A stretch of DNA of 64,000 bases from Blastocladiella emersonii ATCC 22665. Taxonomy: Eukaryota > Fungi > Blastocladiomycota. Shown in pieces: positions 59,138 to 64,000 of this stretch; the stretch's first letter is position 1, and each line of letters opens with the position of its first letter. The stretch is taken from the NCBI GenBank assembly GCA_025594325.1, contig JANHCV010000010.1, positions 1,054,001 through 1,118,000 on the forward strand, given 5' to 3'. The position numbers and the translations under genes are program-made. The notes under the pieces were generated by a model. It worked only from the letters and a program-made list of their open reading frames with translations, had not been told where the DNA came from and made no database searches.

Positions 59138-61564
59138 TCACCCTCTTCTCCCCAGCTCGTCTCGAATCTCGCGCACCCTCGCGACAAACCGTTCCCTCGC
59201 CGCGCCGACTTGCATCGGCGGCCGCTGCAAGCGCTCGGCAAACTCACGCCACGATCGCACGTCGGGTTCTTGGCCCGGATCCACCGCCGCCTCCTCTTCT
59301 CCATCGTCGTCGCCGTGGCCGAGCGACTCGCTCGACTCGGACGCGGCGGGGGTCGGCGAGGCGAGCCGAGCGAGGCGCGCGTCGTGGGCGGCAGCGCCGC
59401 GGTGTCTTCGCAGCTCGGCGAGCGCGGCGGCGAGGAGCTCGTCGTAGGCTTCGACGAGGGGCAGGTCGAGGTCTGGTTCGGACACGGGCGCAGAAGTGGA
59501 TGGATTTGGTGGTGGCGGTGCGGGGCTGGTAATCGTCTCGGTCAACGGCGCGTCGTGCAGGGGGACCGGATCCGACAGCGTGGCGACAACGGCAGCTGGG
59601 CCGACTGGCGGTGCGTCGGGCGAGAGCAGCGGCGAGGGAGGCAATGGCGGCGGGATCCACGTCTCGCTCATCTCGTCGTCCGCGACCGATTCGGCAAGCA
59701 GCGCTTGCTCGCGCTGTTCCGCGATCGAGCTGCCGAGCGTCACCACATCCCGCCGCACCTCGAGCACCTCCGACCCCGCGTCATCCCGCGGCACCGGCGA
59801 CGCAGGCAGCGGCGGCATCCACGGCGCGACCGCGTCGCCGACGCGCGCGAGGACGTCTGCGACCCCCGCGTCAGCCGCATCGACGTGCGCGAGCAGCACC
59901 GCGCGCGCGGCCCGCGCCACGTCCGTCTCCTGTACCCCCGCCGCCGTCGCAGCAGCGTCACCGACGTACTCGCGCGCCCACGCCAGCACACCAGGAGTTG
60001 GCGGCGGGTCCGCAGCAGCAAGTTGCGCGGGAAGGTACGCCGCGATCTGCTTGTCGACCTCGTCACGCCGCGCTTGCTCCTCGGCCTCGGCGGCATCGAG
60101 TGCGGCGCGGACAGCCGCGACGGACGCGTCGAACTGGGCACGTCGGTCCCGCTCGGCGAGCCACGCGAGCGCCGCGGGGAGCGCGCGGTAGGCGAGGCTG
60201 GCGAGGGTAGCGCGCGCGTTGGCGAGATCTAACGACGCGGTCTCGTGGACGAGCGAGGCGAGGCGCGCGGCGGCGGGGATGGCGCGGGCGAGGCGGTGGG
60301 CTGAGGCGGCGAGCGACGCGAGGGCGGTGGTGTTGGTGTCGAGGGCGGCGGGGAGGTCTAGGTCAGGTGCGGCGCGGAGCTGGGCGCGGGTGTGTGGGAG
60401 CTCGGGTGGCGGGGTGGAGGGGCCGTGCGGGGCGAGGAGCGCGGTGCGTTGGCGGGTGTAGTTGTGCATGCGCTCTACAAGGAGGTCGAGGGTGAGTCTC
60501 TCGCGGCGCAAATTCAGTGAAGGAACGGCGTACCAATACACTCGCGAAACCTCGCGACCGCCGTGCTCGTCTCGCCGAGCACATCCATCCCACCGCCGCC
60601 GCCGCCGCGTATTCCGGGCCACGCTGCGAGCCGGTCGAGATCACGCGCGTACCGGTCGCCGTCCTCGCGCGCGCCCGCGACGAGCGCCTCAAGCTGCGCC
60701 TGCTCGTCGGGCGGCGGGAGCTTGTCGACGAGCGCGTCGAACCGGCGCCTGAGCGTAGCCCACGCGCGTTCCTGGACGCGGAGGCGGTCCCAGTTCTCGG
60801 CGTCGTCGACGTCGATGGGGCTGGTAACCGCGGGTTGCCCATCGCCGAGGACGAGCGAGGACGCGGACGGGCCCGCACTCGCGCTGGTGACGCTGCTGGT
60901 GCCGCTGCTGCTGTCGCGGCGGAACAGGATGGCGGGGTTGAAGGCGACGGGGGTGTCGACGCGCAGCGGGACGGACCCGGGCGAGGATGAGCCGGCCGCG
61001 AGTGGCGGTGGCAGGTGGCCCGACATGGCGAGCGGGGTCAGGGTGCCCGCGCGCGGCGACGAGGTGGCGGCCGACGACGACGAGCGGTTACCCGCAGTGT
61101 ACTCGGCGGGCGGGAAGGCAAAGATGGGCAAGTCGGGCTACACCACCACCTCCTATTCGTCAGTCGCGGGTGAGACCGCATCACGCGGCGGCGCTTGAGA
61201 CGCACCCTACCATGGATCGGTCGCGGAGCGCGGCGGCCGTGTAGGCTGCCCAGGCGGTGGGCGAGAGCGACGAGCCGTCGGGGAGCAGCCACAGCGTGCG
61301 CTGGGCGAGCGCCGCGAGGGCGTGCGGCGGCAGCGACGACGGGCCCGCCGCGGGTGTGAACAGGACGGCGGCGAGGCGCGGCGGGAGCGCATCGGCCGTC
61401 GCGGAGAGCGGGACCGCGGTGCGGTGCACGGTGCCTGACGGAAGGTGCACGCGCAGGTGGCACAGGTCCGTCGCGACGGGGACCGGCATGGTGCGGCGGG
61501 CCGCCGGGTCCGACTCGGGCGTCGGGGTCCGCGTTCGCGCGGTGAGGGTTGCATTGGATGCCAT
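59138..61564 (-). CDS. Atg11/Atg17(FIP200)-like autophagy scaffold, 3 exons
   Basis: Ubiquitin-like-looking N-terminus (LRVHLPSGTVHR), then LAERDRRAQF..AEEQARRDE..AYLP resembling the Atg17-type helical domain. Introns 61138..61210 and 60475..60533 splice in frame. The start could be 61564 or a later ATG. Confidence 0.55.
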
Positions 61565-62037
61565 GGCCCAGGTCTCAGTTACATTCCGCCGCCAGTCGTG
61601 TGATGGGAGAGCGAAAGCGACGCGGCGACAACGACACGGTGTCCAGCGTGGCGGCGCGGCACACGTGATGCGCCACTCTCACGCGGGTCGGTGCAGCGAA
61701 GCGAGCGGCTTTGCGGGTCGCACGGCCGCGCGGCGACGCTCCCCTCGCCGATGCCATCGAATGCAGACTGCCGCGACGCTGGAGGGCCAAGAATTTGCCA
61801 CGCAACGCCCACGAGTGTCCCCTATAACGCCCGACCGCCACGTTGCACCAAGCTAGAGCGCCGCGCAGAACTGAGAGAGGTGCGGCCGCCGTCGCTCGCC
61901 AATCACCGCGCTGCGCTGCTCGGAACCCTTTGACTCACTGCGTGCCCCGCCACCCGGCCACCGCCACCCGGCCATCGCCACCCGGCCACGGTCCATGGCC
62001 ATCGCTGAACAGACACCACCACCACATCGAGTGAGCA

Positions 62038-64000
62038 ATGGGCATCACCGGCCTGCTGCCCGTGCTCGAGCCGGCGGTGCGCAAGACGCACCTGTCAGCG
62101 TTCCAAGGGCAGACGGTGGGCGTCGACGGGCACGTGTGGCTGCACCGCGGCGCGTACGCGTGCGCGGCCGAGCTCGCGCGGGGCGAGCCGACGTCGCGCT
62201 TCCTCAACTACGCGCGCCGCCGCCTGGCGCTCCTCCAAAACCTCGGCGTCACGCCGTACGTGGTGCTCGACGGCGCCCCGCTGCCCGTCAAGCGCGGGAC
62301 CAACGCGTCGCGCGCCGAGCGCCGCGCCGAGAACCTGGCGCGCGCGCACGCGCTCGAGGCGCAGGGCGACGCCGCCGCCGCCGACAAGCACTTCAAGGCG
62401 TGCATCCGCGTCACGCCCACCATGGTCCGCGCGCTCGTCGCCATGCTGCGCGCCGCCGGCGTCGCGTACCTCGTGGCGCCGTACGAGGCCGACGCGCAGC
62501 TCGCGTACCTCGAGCGGTCGGGGCTCGTCGACGCGATCCTCACCGAGGACTCGGACCTGCTCGTGTTCGGGTCGCGCCGCGTGCTGATGCGGCTCGAGGA
62601 CGACGGCGGGTGCCAGCTGCTCGAGCGCCGCGCCGTGCGGTCCGCCGTCGCCGAGCCCTACGACCTGCGCCGGTGGCCGCTGCAGCGGTTCGTCGACTGG
62701 TGCGTGCTGTCCGGGTGCGACTACCTGTCGTCGGCGCGCGGCGTCGGGCTCGCCAAGGCTCACAAGTACATTTCGTCGGTGTGCTCGCGCGACCAGTGGG
62801 ACTGGGACCGCGGCATCTACCACGACCTCGAGCGGTCCGCCGGCGAGCCGTACGTCTACCACGACGACTCGGACCCCGAGGATGACCACGGCCACGCTCC
62901 CGCCGCCTCGTCCGCGTCGCCGGGCTACCGCTCCGATACCCTTTCGCGGTGCATCAAGTCCATGGTATTCAAATCCCAATCCATCCCCGACGGCTACACC
63001 AAGGACGCGCTCCGCGCGCGCCTGACCTTCCGCCACCAGCGCGTCTTCTGCCCGCGCACCCGCGAACTCGTCCTGCTGCGCCCGTGGCCCGACCTCGCCC
63101 ACCCGGCGCGCCTGCACGCCAACTCGGACTACGTCGAGCTCGGCCTCGCCGACACCCACCCGGACCACATCCGGTTCCTGGGCCCGTGGTGCGCCCCCGA
63201 GATCGCCCGCGCGATCGCCGCGGGTGACCTCGACCCCGTCACCCTGCGCCCGTACCCGGACGTGGAACCCAGCGCGACACCGGATCTCGCCACGCTCGAG
63301 CTCGCGTCCAGTCTTTCGGCTGCGCAGGAGGAAGAGGAGGAGCCTGTCTCGTCCCCGCCGTCGGCCCCGCCGCGCCTCCTCCGCCCGCCGAGCAACGCGC
63401 CCCGGTCGTCGTTCAACCCGCAGCCGCGGTCCGCCAGGGCGCCCGCGTGGCGCGTGCCCGCCACGGCGGGGCCGGCGCAGCAGCAGACGAGCCGGTTCTT
63501 CACACCCGCCCCACCCTCGGCACCAGCACCCGCGCTTCCCCCGATCGTCTCGCCCGTCATGGACGTGTTCCCGGCGTCGGACCCGGACGTGTTCGACGTG
63601 GGCTCGGACCCGATCTACGACGAGGACTACTACAGCGACGACGGCGAGGCGTACTCGGACGAGATCGCCGTGTTCACCGAGTTTGAGGACGAGGTCGCGC
63701 CCGCTGTGGGCGAGGAGGAGCGTGCTGCCGCGACGCTACCCACGCCCGCGCTCTCGCCGCCGCCACTACCGCCGGCCGTGATACCACCCAAGCCGGCGCC
63801 CGTATCGCCCCCTCGGCCACGCCCCGCCACGGCTGCGGCGGCGGTCGTGGTCAACGTCGACTCGCCTTCCCCACCACCCGCCGCGGCCGTCCCACCACCA
63901 GCAGCAGCACCCGTCGTCGCGGCACCGCGCAACCCGTTCCGGTGGTCGCCCGCGCGGCCCGCGTCCAAGCCTGCGGCGTCGGCGGCGCAGAACGAGGCCC
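62038..64000 (+). CDS. EXO1: Exonuclease 1 (XPG/FEN1 family), truncated by the window end
   Basis: MGITGLLPVL, VGVDGHVWLHRGAYACA, YVVLDGAPLPVK, VAPYEADAQLAYLE, ILTEDSDLLVFG, CVLSGCDYL. Confidence 0.95.
   Translation, partial: MGITGLLPVLEPAVRKTHLSAFQGQTVGVDGHVWLHRGAYACAAELARGEPTSRFLNYARRRLALLQNLGVTPYVVLDGAPLPVKRGTNASRAERRAENLARAHALEAQGDAAAADKHFKACIRVTPTMVRALVAMLRAAGVAYLVAPYEADAQLAYLERSGLVDAILTEDSDLLVFGSRRVLMRLEDDGGCQLLERRAVRSAVAEPYDLRRWPLQRFVDWCVLSGCDYLSSARGVGLAKAHKYISSVCSRDQWDWDRGIYHDLERSAGEPYVYHDDSDPEDDHGHAPAASSASPGYRSDTLSRCIKSMVFKSQSIPDGYTKDALRARLTFRHQRVFCPRTRELVLLRPWPDLAHPARLHANSDYVELGLADTHPDHIRFLGPWCAPEIARAIAAGDLDPVTLRPYPDVEPSATPDLATLELASSLSAAQEEEEEPVSSPPSAPPRLLRPPSNAPRSSFNPQPRSARAPAWRVPATAGPAQQQTSRFFTPAPPSAPAPALPPIVSPVMDVFPASDPDVFDVGSDPIYDEDYYSDDGEAYSDEIAVFTEFEDEVAPAVGEEERAAATLPTPALSPPPLPPAVIPPKPAPVSPPRPRPATAAAAVVVNVDSPSPPPAAAVPPPAAAPVVAAPRNPFRWSPARPASKPAASAAQNEA

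Overview
GC-rich, gene-dense eukaryotic DNA with short spliceosomal introns (GTACG/GTGCG donors, CTGAC/CTAAC branch sites). The EFL-type elongation factor, an NSUN7-like gene and the intron style suggest a zoosporic fungus, most likely Blastocladiomycota (inference). Housekeeping genes: RPS16, RPS25, SGF29, SNF2/STH1-type ATPase, UPF0658 membrane protein, SDH1, SRPK, NOP16, TRS85, KRR1, class-3 lipase, RRP9, ETFDH, NDUFA8, EFL, an Atg11/17-like gene and EXO1 (runs off the end). These are interspersed with accessory patches. The richest patch (14-26 kb) holds four things: three tandem F-box/ankyrin-like paralogs, all disrupted but sharing a conserved 25-nt upstream motif; a pair of intronless orphan 7TM (GPCR-like) paralogs; a 630-bp MITE with 33-34-bp hairpin-containing TIRs and an AAT target-site duplication that splits one 7TM gene in codon 22; and an inverted DxNxDG-repeat coding fragment next to a frameshifted Rua1-type zinc-finger relic. 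All calls are by eye, with no database searches run.
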